Assembly (NCBI GenBank): GCA_964547405.1
Contig: CAZJNY010000001.1
Location: forward strand, 1-50,805
Direction: 5' to 3'
Source of the DNA: an uncultured Flavihumibacter sp.
GTDB taxonomy: Bacteria > Bacteroidota > Bacteroidia > Chitinophagales > Chitinophagaceae
Length of the DNA: 50,805 bases
Every line of letters starts with the position of its first letter. Position 1 is the first letter of the stretch. This document shows, piece by piece, positions 38,009 through 46,874 of this stretch. The notes under the pieces were generated by a model. The model was not told the DNA's origin. It did no database searches and was given only the letters and a program-made list of their open reading frames with translations. Position numbers and translations under genes: made by a program.

Positions 38009-38045
38009 AACGGGGAAAGGTTCCAGCTTTTCCCGTTCTTTTTTC
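38009..38045 (+). terminator. Hairpin plus U-tract oriented antisense to susC (candidate terminator of a cis-antisense sRNA)
   Basis: AACGGGGAAAG-GTTCCAG-CTTTTCCCGTT followed by CTTTTTTC on the plus strand, in the fecR-susC spacer. Confidence 0.65.
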
Positions 38046-38104
38046 AATCAATGGTATACTTAAGTAATTAAGTAGCGATTTTGTGTACTGGTGATTTTTA
38101 CGTG

Positions 38105-39217
38105 TTATTCAATTAATACCCTTCTTTCCTCATTCATCTGGTATCGAAACGGTTCAATAAGCTGCAATGCTTCCAATGCAGCTTCCAAAGGTTCGTCTTT
38201 AAATATGCCGGTGAATCTTCTTTTTCTGAGTCTTTCAGATCGTATCTCTATTGTTACATTGTACCATCTTTCCAATCGTGGCACCATTTCTTCAAACAAT
38301 TCATTTTTAAAAACCAGCATATCATTCGTCCAGGAAGTTTCCTGAATAATCTCCTGATCTCCAACGGCCACTGCTTTTATATCTTCCAGAATGAGTTTTC
38401 TGTCAATTGGTTTTGATTGAAGAGACCGTTCCTCTTCCTTCAGCTGTTTATTTTCAACAACCGATATTTTTTCAGCCGGCCGCAAAAGAATTTTCTGAGT
38501 CGGCCTATCCCTGACTGTTAGTTCCACCAGGCCGCGTATCAAGGCAGTTTCAGTAATGCTATCTTTCGGGTATGCTTTTACATTAAATGCAGTTCCAAGT
38601 ACCTTTATTTGAATTTTATCGGTAGTTATAATAAAAGGACGGTCCTTGTTATGTGCCACATCAAAAAATGCCTCTCCTGATAATTTTACTTTTCTTTCCT
38701 TTCCCTCGTTCAAATTTTCATCATAACTAAGTTGTGTATCACTATTCAGCCATACAATAGTGCTATCAGGTAAGGTGATTTTTTTTCTCGCTCCTTTTGA
38801 TGTTTCTATTCTGGTAGAGGCTGCAAGTTCGGGGGGATTTTTGCTTCCCTGTTTTGAATCCTGCCAAAAGAGAATTACCACACAACCCGTTAGCATTGCT
38901 GCAATAAGCCAATGTAATAAGTAGCTTTTTTTTGTGGCAGGCGTCAGTTGCCGTACTTGCCCCACACCTTCGCTGTCCAATTCCCCCGGCTTTTCAAAAT
39001 CATGCTGAAAACGGACTCTGTGCGCCTCATAAGCCGATGCTGCATCCTTCTCTTCATCCTTTTCAACAGGGCTTTGCCATACATATTGCAGCAGCTCTTC
39101 CCAATAGGAACTATCCGGAAACAATGCCTGCAGCATCTCCAGCTCTTCCAGCTCTTCAGCACTGGCTTCTCCTGCCATTTTCCGTGTTAATAATTGTATG
39201 ATTCTTTGTTCATTCAT
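38105..39217 (-). CDS. fecR: FecR-family anti-sigma factor
   Basis: N-terminal ASD (GEASAEELEEL), one TM helix, LPDSTIVWLNS, R.V.LSGEAFFDV, VLGTAFNVKAY and LERWYNV. Confidence 0.93.
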   Translation of the reverse strand: MNEQRIIQLLTRKMAGEASAEELEELEMLQALFPDSSYWEELLQYVWQSPVEKDEEKDAASAYEAHRVRFQHDFEKPGELDSEGVGQVRQLTPATKKSYLLHWLIAAMLTGCVVILFWQDSKQGSKNPPELAASTRIETSKGARKKITLPDSTIVWLNSDTQLSYDENLNEGKERKVKLSGEAFFDVAHNKDRPFIITTDKIQIKVLGTAFNVKAYPKDSITETALIRGLVELTVRDRPTQKILLRPAEKISVVENKQLKEEERSLQSKPIDRKLILEDIKAVAVGDQEIIQETSWTNDMLVFKNELFEEMVPRLERWYNVTIEIRSERLRKRRFTGIFKDEPLEAALEALQLIEPFRYQMNEERRVLIE

Positions 39218-39243
39218 GGAGAAGATTGTGCTGTTCGTACTAA

Positions 39244-39272
39244 GATGACAACAGGAAAATTAAAATTCCCTA
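39244..39272 (-). promoter_or_regulatory. Candidate ECF-sigma-dependent promoter upstream of fecR
   Basis: Minus strand reads TAGGGAAT-N14-TGTCATC in the sigma-fecR spacer. This arrangement is recalled from Bacteroidetes sigma/FecR pairs and is not verified. Confidence 0.4.
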
Positions 39273-39291
39273 TAGGAGTGACAACTTTTTT

Positions 39292-39864
39292 TTAGCGGGT
39301 GCTAAGGCCATATTGTAATTGTATGGCAGAGGTGATTTTCCGGATAGCTGTAACCAGTTGGGCATCTACCGTTTTCACAGAAATTTCCAGTATCCGGGCT
39401 ACTTCCCCGTAACTGAACCCGTCTTCCTTTACCAACCTGAAAATCAGGCGGCATTTTGGTGGCAATTCCTGTATGGCCGTTTCCAGTTTACGTTTCATCT
39501 CCCTTGTAACAAAAACTTCATCCGGCTGAATGGCAGACAGAGAAACGTCTACATCAATCTGATCAAGGCTTAAGGATCGCAGCCGGCGTTCTTTTTTCAG
39601 AACATTCAGGGAAAAGTTTCTGGTAATTGTATACAACCATGCCTTTAGATTATTTATTTCGGGTATCCCGGCTCTCGAACGCCATAATGTTATCAGTACA
39701 TCATTCGCGATTTCTTCCGCCCATTGAGGGTTTTTTACAATCAAAAAGGCAAATTTTCTGACATCCGGATAAAAATGAAGAAATAAACTACGATAGGCAT
39801 CTTCGTCCTGCTCTACAGCAACGCGATAAATTAATTGTTGAATATCTGCAACAGGTGTTGACAT
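39292..39864 (-). CDS. ECF RNA polymerase sigma-70 factor (PUL-associated)
   Basis: AEEIANDV...LW, LKAWLY...RN and LPPKCRLIF.LVKEDGFSY.EVA.IL.ISVKTV. Start is ATG 39864 (TTG 39870 is an alternative). Confidence 0.93.
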   Translation of the reverse strand: MSTPVADIQQLIYRVAVEQDEDAYRSLFLHFYPDVRKFAFLIVKNPQWAEEIANDVLITLWRSRAGIPEINNLKAWLYTITRNFSLNVLKKERRLRSLSLDQIDVDVSLSAIQPDEVFVTREMKRKLETAIQELPPKCRLIFRLVKEDGFSYGEVARILEISVKTVDAQLVTAIRKITSAIQLQYGLSTR

Positions 39865-39939
39865 AAGCAAGCAGTCGTGACGATGGAACTAAAATAGTCA
39901 TTCGAATTGAAAAAACCAAAATATGTGTACTTATGACAT

Positions 39940-42666
39940 TTATTTTAATTTCCACACACGTACATAGTCTACTTCCATTCTCCGGGGGAAACTTGTGCCG
40001 GCCGGGTCTCCTCCATTCACTCCTCCAATGGCAAGATTCAACAACATATAATGCGGTTGTTTGAATGGATTAAAATCAGTTCCATCCCGGTTTTTTAGTA
40101 ATAACATAGGGGCTTTAAGCAGTTGCTGATTATCTACATAGAGAGTAATGTAGTTTTCATCCCAATCCATCCGCCAGGTATGAAATTCTGTTGCCCATTT
40201 TTTCCCTCCCAAACTATCTGTAAGCCGGATAGATGAAAACCATTCCGGTTTTTTGTCAGCACCCAGACAGGCAATATTGGCCAACAACTTGCCTTTATAG
40301 TATTCCATGATATCAATTTCTCCATTCGCAGGCCAGGGTTTGCTGATACCCAGGGTCCACCAGGCAGGCCATAGCCCGGCACTTATATCGATTCGGGCGC
40401 GCATTTCAAATCGACCATATAACCAGTCTGCTTTCCCTTTTGTAATAAGACAGGCTGACGTATAATTGGGATTCGGTTTCGTTTCCCGTTTGGCCTCAAT
40501 TACCAGCAAACCGTTTTCGCAACGGGCATTCTCCGGCTGGTACCACTGCAATTCATTATTGCGTACAAATCCATATTCATAATCCCATTTAGTACTGTCC
40601 GGTTTGCCGGTAATATTGAATTCATCCGACCATAACAATTCATAGTTCTTGTAAACAGGGGGTGGCGCAGGCTCAAATCGGATTATTTTTTCCAACCCGT
40701 TACGGAAACGAATCCGAACATCAGAATCTTTTTTATCCGCCTTAACTGATTTTACCGGAACCAACTCCTGGGAAGTCCAATCTTCTCCGGATTTTTTCCA
40801 CAGAAGAAGTGTTGCATAAATGGCCGGGGTTTTTTCAGGTATGAATTTGTCTCTGGCATTAATCACCATGCTTTCTTTAGATTCAGGATGCACATTTCGG
40901 GTTTCGATTGCCTTCACAGAATCCCAACCGGATAAGGGAACCATTGCCAACTGATACGCACCATTATCGATGATGGTTATTGCATAGCCGCCTACCCGAC
41001 GGGTAGATTTTTTTATTGGCCCATTTATAGCCGGTAGCGCATAATGGCCCAGCCGGAATTCTGTTGCATTCGTACTCAGATTCCTGTCAATTCTTAAAAT
41101 CCCGTTTTTCAATGGCATATCTGCCAGTTGCATCCGTATAGAGGAATCAGTCTCCAGTACCACATCGCGGTAATAAACTTCCTCTTCGAATTTTTTAAAG
41201 CTGTACAATCGTAGTGGTTCCCATTCCTGTTGTGCATTTTTAATAATATAATTCATGGCAACAACTCCATTTACACTATCAGCCTGCCAGGGAAATGCGC
41301 TGTTATAAGATAACCGATTATAGTTTTCGCTGGCGCGAAAAGGTTCGCGGGCATTAATTGCTTTCACATGGCACCAGGCTCTGATTTCTGATGCACCAAT
41401 TCCGGGATAATCAGTAATAAGTATATTGGATCCGGGCTGAAATTTATTTACTACCTGTTCTGATTTTAATTCCTTCTCCCAGGCACCCTCGTTTTCGATA
41501 GCTGTCCAGAATGGATTGTCCGCAGGTACCATCAACCCCAGAAAGGCTTTACCCATCCAATAAGCACTTGCCCGGCAGCTATATGGCTGAACCGCTGGTT
41601 CAAATGCTCCATAAAAGCCCAATGTCGGTACATGATCATCAAGAAAATCAGGATGCTGTAAAAATTGCAATAGTACGCCGGATGCAATTCGTCGCATCCA
41701 TCCAAAATTGGTTCCGGTATCCTGCACCAATCCCATTAAAGGGAAAGGAATAACCGAGCCAAGCCGATACGACATGCTCCGCCCCCAAAGTATCATTTTA
41801 CCATCCCGGCTAAAGAGATACGGGTAATTGTCTTTTACATCTTTAAAATTGTTGAGGAATTGTTGGGCGTACCGGGGATAATATTGGTTCCCGAATACAT
41901 GTGCCCAAAGTGGACCGTACATCTGAAATGCCCACATACTGTAATAATCATAGGCGGGAGCATCATTGTACCAGCCATAACCCCGGTAATGATCCAGTGA
42001 CTTTTGGAGATACTCCTCCATGAGCTGTTCATTGATCAGATATCCCTTCGATTTGAAAAAGCTGAAAATAAATATGTTAAAGAACTTCCAGTTGGAGGCA
42101 ACAGTGGGCCCATCTGCATAACTCAACATCAGGAAAGCAAGCGAGTCCTGCTGCTCCTTTGATAATGGTTCCCAAAGTTGTTCCGGTGCCGCAAACAACG
42201 AAACGGAAATAGCACCCAGCTCTACAAGTGTTTGGGTAGGCCAGTTCATTTCCTTTGTTCTGGGTTTAATATAAGCCGGACTCGATGGATTTAACAACTG
42301 TTTCAAATGGTGGCGATAATATGCTGCCACACCTATATTTTGAATAGTAAGTTCCGGCTCCTCTTTTAAAAGCGAAGCCGCAAAAAAGAGGGTTCGGGAC
42401 AAACCTTCCAGCTTTTCAGTTACATTTTGTGCTGGATTTACCGGATAAGATTTGCCAGCCTGCCTGGGAAAAACCATTGGATCCTCCAGTTTGCTGATAT
42501 GGCGGAATGCACCATCCAGCAAATATAGTGCAGCGTCCTTCCAATGCTGTCTTGTCATTCCGGTATGCGGACTCAGCCTGTAATCCGGATTTTTCAGATT
42601 AAAAACTGTTTGGGCGTGAAGGTTTAACACCAGGCAGAAAAAGAAAAGGACTAAAAAGGCTCGCAT
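39940..42666 (-). CDS. DUF2264 (GH154-like beta-glucuronidase) fused to a C-terminal GH16 domain
   Basis: N-terminal ~660 aa: SPHTGMTRQHW, LEGLSRT, QTLVE, SNWKFF, GWYND...YDYYSMWAF, WGRS..YR. A linker EPAPPP leads to LLWSDEFN, YGRFEMRA, WPAWW, catalytic EIDIME and VDYVRVW. Confidence 0.85.
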   Translation of the reverse strand: MRAFLVLFFFCLVLNLHAQTVFNLKNPDYRLSPHTGMTRQHWKDAALYLLDGAFRHISKLEDPMVFPRQAGKSYPVNPAQNVTEKLEGLSRTLFFAASLLKEEPELTIQNIGVAAYYRHHLKQLLNPSSPAYIKPRTKEMNWPTQTLVELGAISVSLFAAPEQLWEPLSKEQQDSLAFLMLSYADGPTVASNWKFFNIFIFSFFKSKGYLINEQLMEEYLQKSLDHYRGYGWYNDAPAYDYYSMWAFQMYGPLWAHVFGNQYYPRYAQQFLNNFKDVKDNYPYLFSRDGKMILWGRSMSYRLGSVIPFPLMGLVQDTGTNFGWMRRIASGVLLQFLQHPDFLDDHVPTLGFYGAFEPAVQPYSCRASAYWMGKAFLGLMVPADNPFWTAIENEGAWEKELKSEQVVNKFQPGSNILITDYPGIGASEIRAWCHVKAINAREPFRASENYNRLSYNSAFPWQADSVNGVVAMNYIIKNAQQEWEPLRLYSFKKFEEEVYYRDVVLETDSSIRMQLADMPLKNGILRIDRNLSTNATEFRLGHYALPAINGPIKKSTRRVGGYAITIIDNGAYQLAMVPLSGWDSVKAIETRNVHPESKESMVINARDKFIPEKTPAIYATLLLWKKSGEDWTSQELVPVKSVKADKKDSDVRIRFRNGLEKIIRFEPAPPPVYKNYELLWSDEFNITGKPDSTKWDYEYGFVRNNELQWYQPENARCENGLLVIEAKRETKPNPNYTSACLITKGKADWLYGRFEMRARIDISAGLWPAWWTLGISKPWPANGEIDIMEYYKGKLLANIACLGADKKPEWFSSIRLTDSLGGKKWATEFHTWRMDWDENYITLYVDNQQLLKAPMLLLKNRDGTDFNPFKQPHYMLLNLAIGGVNGGDPAGTSFPRRMEVDYVRVWKLK

Positions 42667-42670
42667 CGTA

Positions 42671-43807
42671 TCAACGGTTTAAGTAACGGTATTGCTCAGA
42701 CGCTGCCAGCAGAAAAGCCCCAACCCCAAAACCAGTTGTTGAGTTTTTATCGACTATTTGTCCGGGTATGGCCCGCTCTCCAATGGGTTGTACATACCCT
42801 ATTCTGCCATCTGGCTGAAGGGCGGTTTGGGTAAGGTAGTTCCAGGATTTTCGTACTACCGGTGCATATGTTTTTTCATCGAGGTAGCCATTGTTGATTC
42901 CCCAAAGAAATCCATACGTGAAAAAAGCAGTTCCACTGGTTTCTGGTCCGGGTGCATGTTCCGGATCCAACAGACTGCGTGTCCAATATCCCTCCGGCTG
43001 CTGGCAATTTTTTAATGCCTCTGCCATTCTTTTATAGATTTGAATATACTCTTCCCGATGAGGATCATTGGATGGTAAATCTTTCAACACTTTTGCGAAA
43101 CCGGCAAAGACCCATCCATCACCTCTGGCCCAGAAATCTTTTTTTCCGTTTGCGCTTTTATGTTTGGGGTAAACATATTTGGCATCGCGGAAATATAATC
43201 CGGCTGATGAATCATACATTATACTATTAGCGTAACTCAGATATTCATAGAGTTTTTCCAGGTACTGCTGGTTACCGGTTATTGAATATAATTTGGTCAT
43301 AACCGGCATCACCATATAAAGACCGTCCGCCCACCACCAATAATCGTTTTTGGTTGTACTCATCTGGTATTCCATCACTTCTTTTGCACGGGCAATCTTT
43401 TTTTCATCTTTTTCCAGCTTATAAAGATCAATATAGGTTTGAAAGCAGATTTGCCAGTCGCCGAAAAGCACGTATTCCTCTTTTTCCCCATAGCTGTATT
43501 TCCATTCTGCCCGATTGGTTGATTTGGCACCCATCCATTTATTGTGTTCGGCCCATTTTGTAGAATACGCGCGATAGCTTTCGTTTTTAGTAAGAAAATA
43601 CGCTTCCATATTTCCTGTATGATAGGCAGCAATATCCCAGAATGCCCATTGTGCCGGAGACTGGTTAGTTTGCCAATAGGTATTTACTTTATGGATAATA
43701 GCCAGTACTTCCTTTTCCCCGGCAGAACTGCCTGCCTTTTTGGAACTGCTACAGGCAAAGAAAAGAATGGAGCATATAAGCACTGACAAATTGCGATAGC
43801 TATACAT
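42671..43807 (-). CDS. GH105/GH88-type unsaturated glucuronyl hydrolase, lipoprotein
   Basis: Lipobox FFAC, FGDWQICFQTY, WWWADGLYM, FWARGDGWV, ETSGTAFF and GYVQPIG. Confidence 0.9.
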   Translation of the reverse strand: MYSYRNLSVLICSILFFACSSSKKAGSSAGEKEVLAIIHKVNTYWQTNQSPAQWAFWDIAAYHTGNMEAYFLTKNESYRAYSTKWAEHNKWMGAKSTNRAEWKYSYGEKEEYVLFGDWQICFQTYIDLYKLEKDEKKIARAKEVMEYQMSTTKNDYWWWADGLYMVMPVMTKLYSITGNQQYLEKLYEYLSYANSIMYDSSAGLYFRDAKYVYPKHKSANGKKDFWARGDGWVFAGFAKVLKDLPSNDPHREEYIQIYKRMAEALKNCQQPEGYWTRSLLDPEHAPGPETSGTAFFTYGFLWGINNGYLDEKTYAPVVRKSWNYLTQTALQPDGRIGYVQPIGERAIPGQIVDKNSTTGFGVGAFLLAASEQYRYLNR

Positions 43808-43824
43808 TGGTCTGATTTGTTTAG

Positions 43825-45147
43825 TTATTTAAATACCTTTTGCCACTCCAACACTTTAACCATGGTTGGTTTTATCTCAGCAATTCCTTCTCCATCAACC
43901 TGGGTTACTTCCTGAATAAAAAGATGTAATTCCTGTCGGTTTTTCCATAGTTCTGTATCATAGGAAGGCTCCCAGGATCCAACGGGAAAATTGGTCAGAT
44001 TTTTTACACGCCATGTTGGTTTACGGAGATTTCTGCAAATAGCTGCAGATACCAGGCTGGCTCTTTCTTCGTCGCGGAACAGGAGTACAGCAGCCGCTTT
44101 ATTCCGAATGCGACCGGCTATAATTTGCGGGCGGGAAATGGGGATGCGTTTACTTCCCATGCCACTCAGACTGAAAGGCGTTTTTCTAAAACCGGGATTT
44201 CGAATCTGCCATTGATCACCTGAATTGTATACCAGCTGATATTGCGGAATTGAATCTGATGGTGCGCGCCAGTACGTTGCAATATAGGGGTTGCCATCCC
44301 CATCGGCAACCATCGATGTCTGGTTGATGAGTTCACTGTTTTGAGGAATCTGTGCAGCAATTTCAGCAGTTCTATTAGTTATTGGCAGGTCATATATTTC
44401 ACCGGTTGATTTTTCCCAGGTTCTACCACCATCATTGGACCGTGCATAACAGAGATCGTGGTTGGATGCCACATCCGGACTCTCTCTCCAAACCCAGGAA
44501 AGATGAATGGTTCCTTTGCTGTCCAGGCATGCCTGCCAGTATGCATTGCGTTGCAGTTCACCATCAATAAGATTTGAATGTAATTGCTGCCAGATTTTTG
44601 TTCTGTGATTGTATCGGTTTATCACCAGATTCCCTTTGCCTGATCCACCATTTCTGTATAAAAAAAGCAGATCGCCTTCAGGTAATTGATAGAATTCCGG
44701 ATAAGAAACGGCCGCTTCCTCCAGTCCGGTCATGGGTTGCTGGTCTTCAAGTTCCATAGACCCCGGAGCAACTGATTTTGCATAGTGAAGCGGGTTATTA
44801 TGGTGATCCCATGCCACATGAAGGTAACCATCGCCATCAACCATAATACTGATGCTGTTATGAGCATCACTGGCATTCCCTTTATACCTGGTTTTCTGTA
44901 GTTGCCAGCTGGTTGTAGTAAGGGCACGTTTACCAAGTATCAAATCTGCATCCGGACTATAGTATGCAATGAATTGAGTATCCTTAAATGTAACCAGTGA
45001 GTTTTTCCGAAATATTACAGCATTGACAGAATTATTCGCCCAGCCTGAATCCACTTCAATGATTTTTAAGGCTGACCTGGAAACAGATGAATGACTGCAT
45101 CCTGTAAGGCATACATATACAAATATGATGGAGTATAAATAGCGCAT
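43825..45147 (-). CDS. BNR_4 beta-propeller lipoprotein, PL42/GH145 family (L-Rha-alpha-1,4-GlcA lyase/rhamnosidase-like)
   Basis: SVN..IFRKNSLVT, DAHN.IS.MVDG.GYLHV.WDHH, YPEF, RNAYWQ, HLSWVWRE, NHDLCYARS, ELINQTSM and WEPS.DTELW match BT3686-type proteins as recalled. Lipobox LTGC places the start at ATG 45147. Confidence 0.85.
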   Translation of the reverse strand: MRYLYSIIFVYVCLTGCSHSSVSRSALKIIEVDSGWANNSVNAVIFRKNSLVTFKDTQFIAYYSPDADLILGKRALTTTSWQLQKTRYKGNASDAHNSISIMVDGDGYLHVAWDHHNNPLHYAKSVAPGSMELEDQQPMTGLEEAAVSYPEFYQLPEGDLLFLYRNGGSGKGNLVINRYNHRTKIWQQLHSNLIDGELQRNAYWQACLDSKGTIHLSWVWRESPDVASNHDLCYARSNDGGRTWEKSTGEIYDLPITNRTAEIAAQIPQNSELINQTSMVADGDGNPYIATYWRAPSDSIPQYQLVYNSGDQWQIRNPGFRKTPFSLSGMGSKRIPISRPQIIAGRIRNKAAAVLLFRDEERASLVSAAICRNLRKPTWRVKNLTNFPVGSWEPSYDTELWKNRQELHLFIQEVTQVDGEGIAEIKPTMVKVLEWQKVFK

Positions 45148-45250
45148 GCTGATCAATGATGCACAATTTAATCCCGAACCAAATTGAGAATGGGGTACAA
45201 AATCATATTTATAGGCCAATGGCAAAAATTTGAAAAGCCAACTGGATGCA

Positions 45251-46807
45251 CTATTTAAAATGAATCCGGAGAAATTGGAGGGCATTTTCATAAAACAACC
45301 CTTCCACCAATTCATCTACATCAACCTCCGATTTTGAAATACCGGCCTGCTCCCAGATTTTTTTGCCTCTTTTTAACCGCCGGTGAAGCTCCTGACGGAA
45401 TGCTGGTAGTTCAGTGGCATTGTTGCAGCAATCAATCGGATTAATTAGTCCGTCAAAATCGGAACCGATACAAATCTGTGAGACCGCTTTGCGAAGCGGA
45501 ATTCTTGCCTGTTTTGCGATCCGCAGAAAATGCATAAGCTGGTTAATAAAATAGGAATAATGAACTTCTGACGTAACCGGCTCCTGTTCCTGAACTTCAT
45601 CGCCTGTCATTGCAGCTTCCGGATTCTTACTAATGGGAACGTCCGACGGATCTGTATAGGGATGAAAGAATTCAGCGGCTTCCGCCTGGGAAATGTATTC
45701 CAGATCCGTTGGCAACATATTCCATTGGTATCCGATCATATCCCCGGGAAATCCAAGAATCCGCTGGTCCATGGACAATCCAATCAATCCGCCAGACCGA
45801 AGTATATCCACTACCTCTTCATCATATAAATTGATACTGCTATGGTTAAATGCAGATTGCGCCAAATGACCTCTTTGCTTCACATGACGGATTTCCCAGA
45901 CTCCATCCCGCTTTACCGGCTTCTCATACAGTTGTGCATACCGGTTACGAATACTCAGTCCGGCTAACCCTGCATGGGTGCATAACAATGGAAAACCCGG
46001 ATAGGAAGTTTTATGCAGTTGAATTAATTGCCTGCGGGCAACAAAACTCAGGTGTTTCAGATCCGGTAAAATATTCCGCCTGTACAACTCCTTTATTATG
46101 CGCTTACCCGTTTCCGTTATTCCATTACCTGTTGGATAAAACAATTCGTCCTTAATAAACTGGATTCCAAAAGCATGATTAAAAAAAGGCACCGCCTGCA
46201 TATGTGCCAGGTTAATAGCCAGGATGGTGGTCTGGTATCGGTTCTGAAAATCATCCAGGTTCCGGTAAAATGCCTGCTCAGCATCTTCAGCCTGCGGATC
46301 ATCCATAAAACAATGAATCCCTTCCACCAGACATATACCATGTATGGTGGCAGAGGCAGGCTGATATTCCGCCATGGAATTGATAAATCGGAATTGTGCT
46401 TTGCCATCCGCACGAACGGCATTGTTTAGCAATGAATCCATATTCCTGCATGTCCAGGAATAATAAGATGGTGCAGTCAGGATTTCTTTTAAAATATCCG
46501 GATCCAATAACCTGATCCTGCCTTTGCTGGCTACTTTTCTGTCCAGTACACCCCGGGCTATATTTTTTTCAATAGCATAGAGCACAACACCTGCCAGGTT
46601 AATACCCGCTTGCTGCAACTGGCTAAGATTTGCCTGCGAATTGAGTGCATGGTTGAACAGACTGTTAATGCCAATCTGCGTTTCCTGTCCGAATAATTTT
46701 CCGATGGAAAGTTTTGCTTCAATCCTTGACCAGGGCGTCATTCCTGCTGCTGCAGGCGCTAACAATTCCTTGAGGGAGGGATGTATATGGAAATCAAATA
46801 TTGGCAT
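45251..46807 (-). CDS. M19 membrane-dipeptidase-like/amidohydrolase-fold metalloprotein, cytoplasmic
   Basis: DFHIHP, EGIH, GIT..GK.II, DLKHLS, THAG, GGLIG and CIGSDFDG. No signal peptide. Confidence 0.75.
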   Translation of the reverse strand: MPIFDFHIHPSLKELLAPAAAGMTPWSRIEAKLSIGKLFGQETQIGINSLFNHALNSQANLSQLQQAGINLAGVVLYAIEKNIARGVLDRKVASKGRIRLLDPDILKEILTAPSYYSWTCRNMDSLLNNAVRADGKAQFRFINSMAEYQPASATIHGICLVEGIHCFMDDPQAEDAEQAFYRNLDDFQNRYQTTILAINLAHMQAVPFFNHAFGIQFIKDELFYPTGNGITETGKRIIKELYRRNILPDLKHLSFVARRQLIQLHKTSYPGFPLLCTHAGLAGLSIRNRYAQLYEKPVKRDGVWEIRHVKQRGHLAQSAFNHSSINLYDEEVVDILRSGGLIGLSMDQRILGFPGDMIGYQWNMLPTDLEYISQAEAAEFFHPYTDPSDVPISKNPEAAMTGDEVQEQEPVTSEVHYSYFINQLMHFLRIAKQARIPLRKAVSQICIGSDFDGLINPIDCCNNATELPAFRQELHRRLKRGKKIWEQAGISKSEVDVDELVEGLFYENALQFLRIHFK

Positions 46808-46874
46808 GGTTTCAGGAAGTTACAGAATAGTTCAATCAGGAAGAGCCTCGTATCTTTAAACAAATGGAATATCG

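Noticed and set aside
45148-45315. Track start 45315 for the BNR_4 protein
   Set aside because: Overlaps the upstream gene. ATG 45147 gives a canonical lipoprotein signal.
46812-46843. TCAGGAAG direct repeat in the divergent spacer
   Set aside because: Only 8 bp, and the same word recurs in adjacent coding DNA, so chance is plausible.
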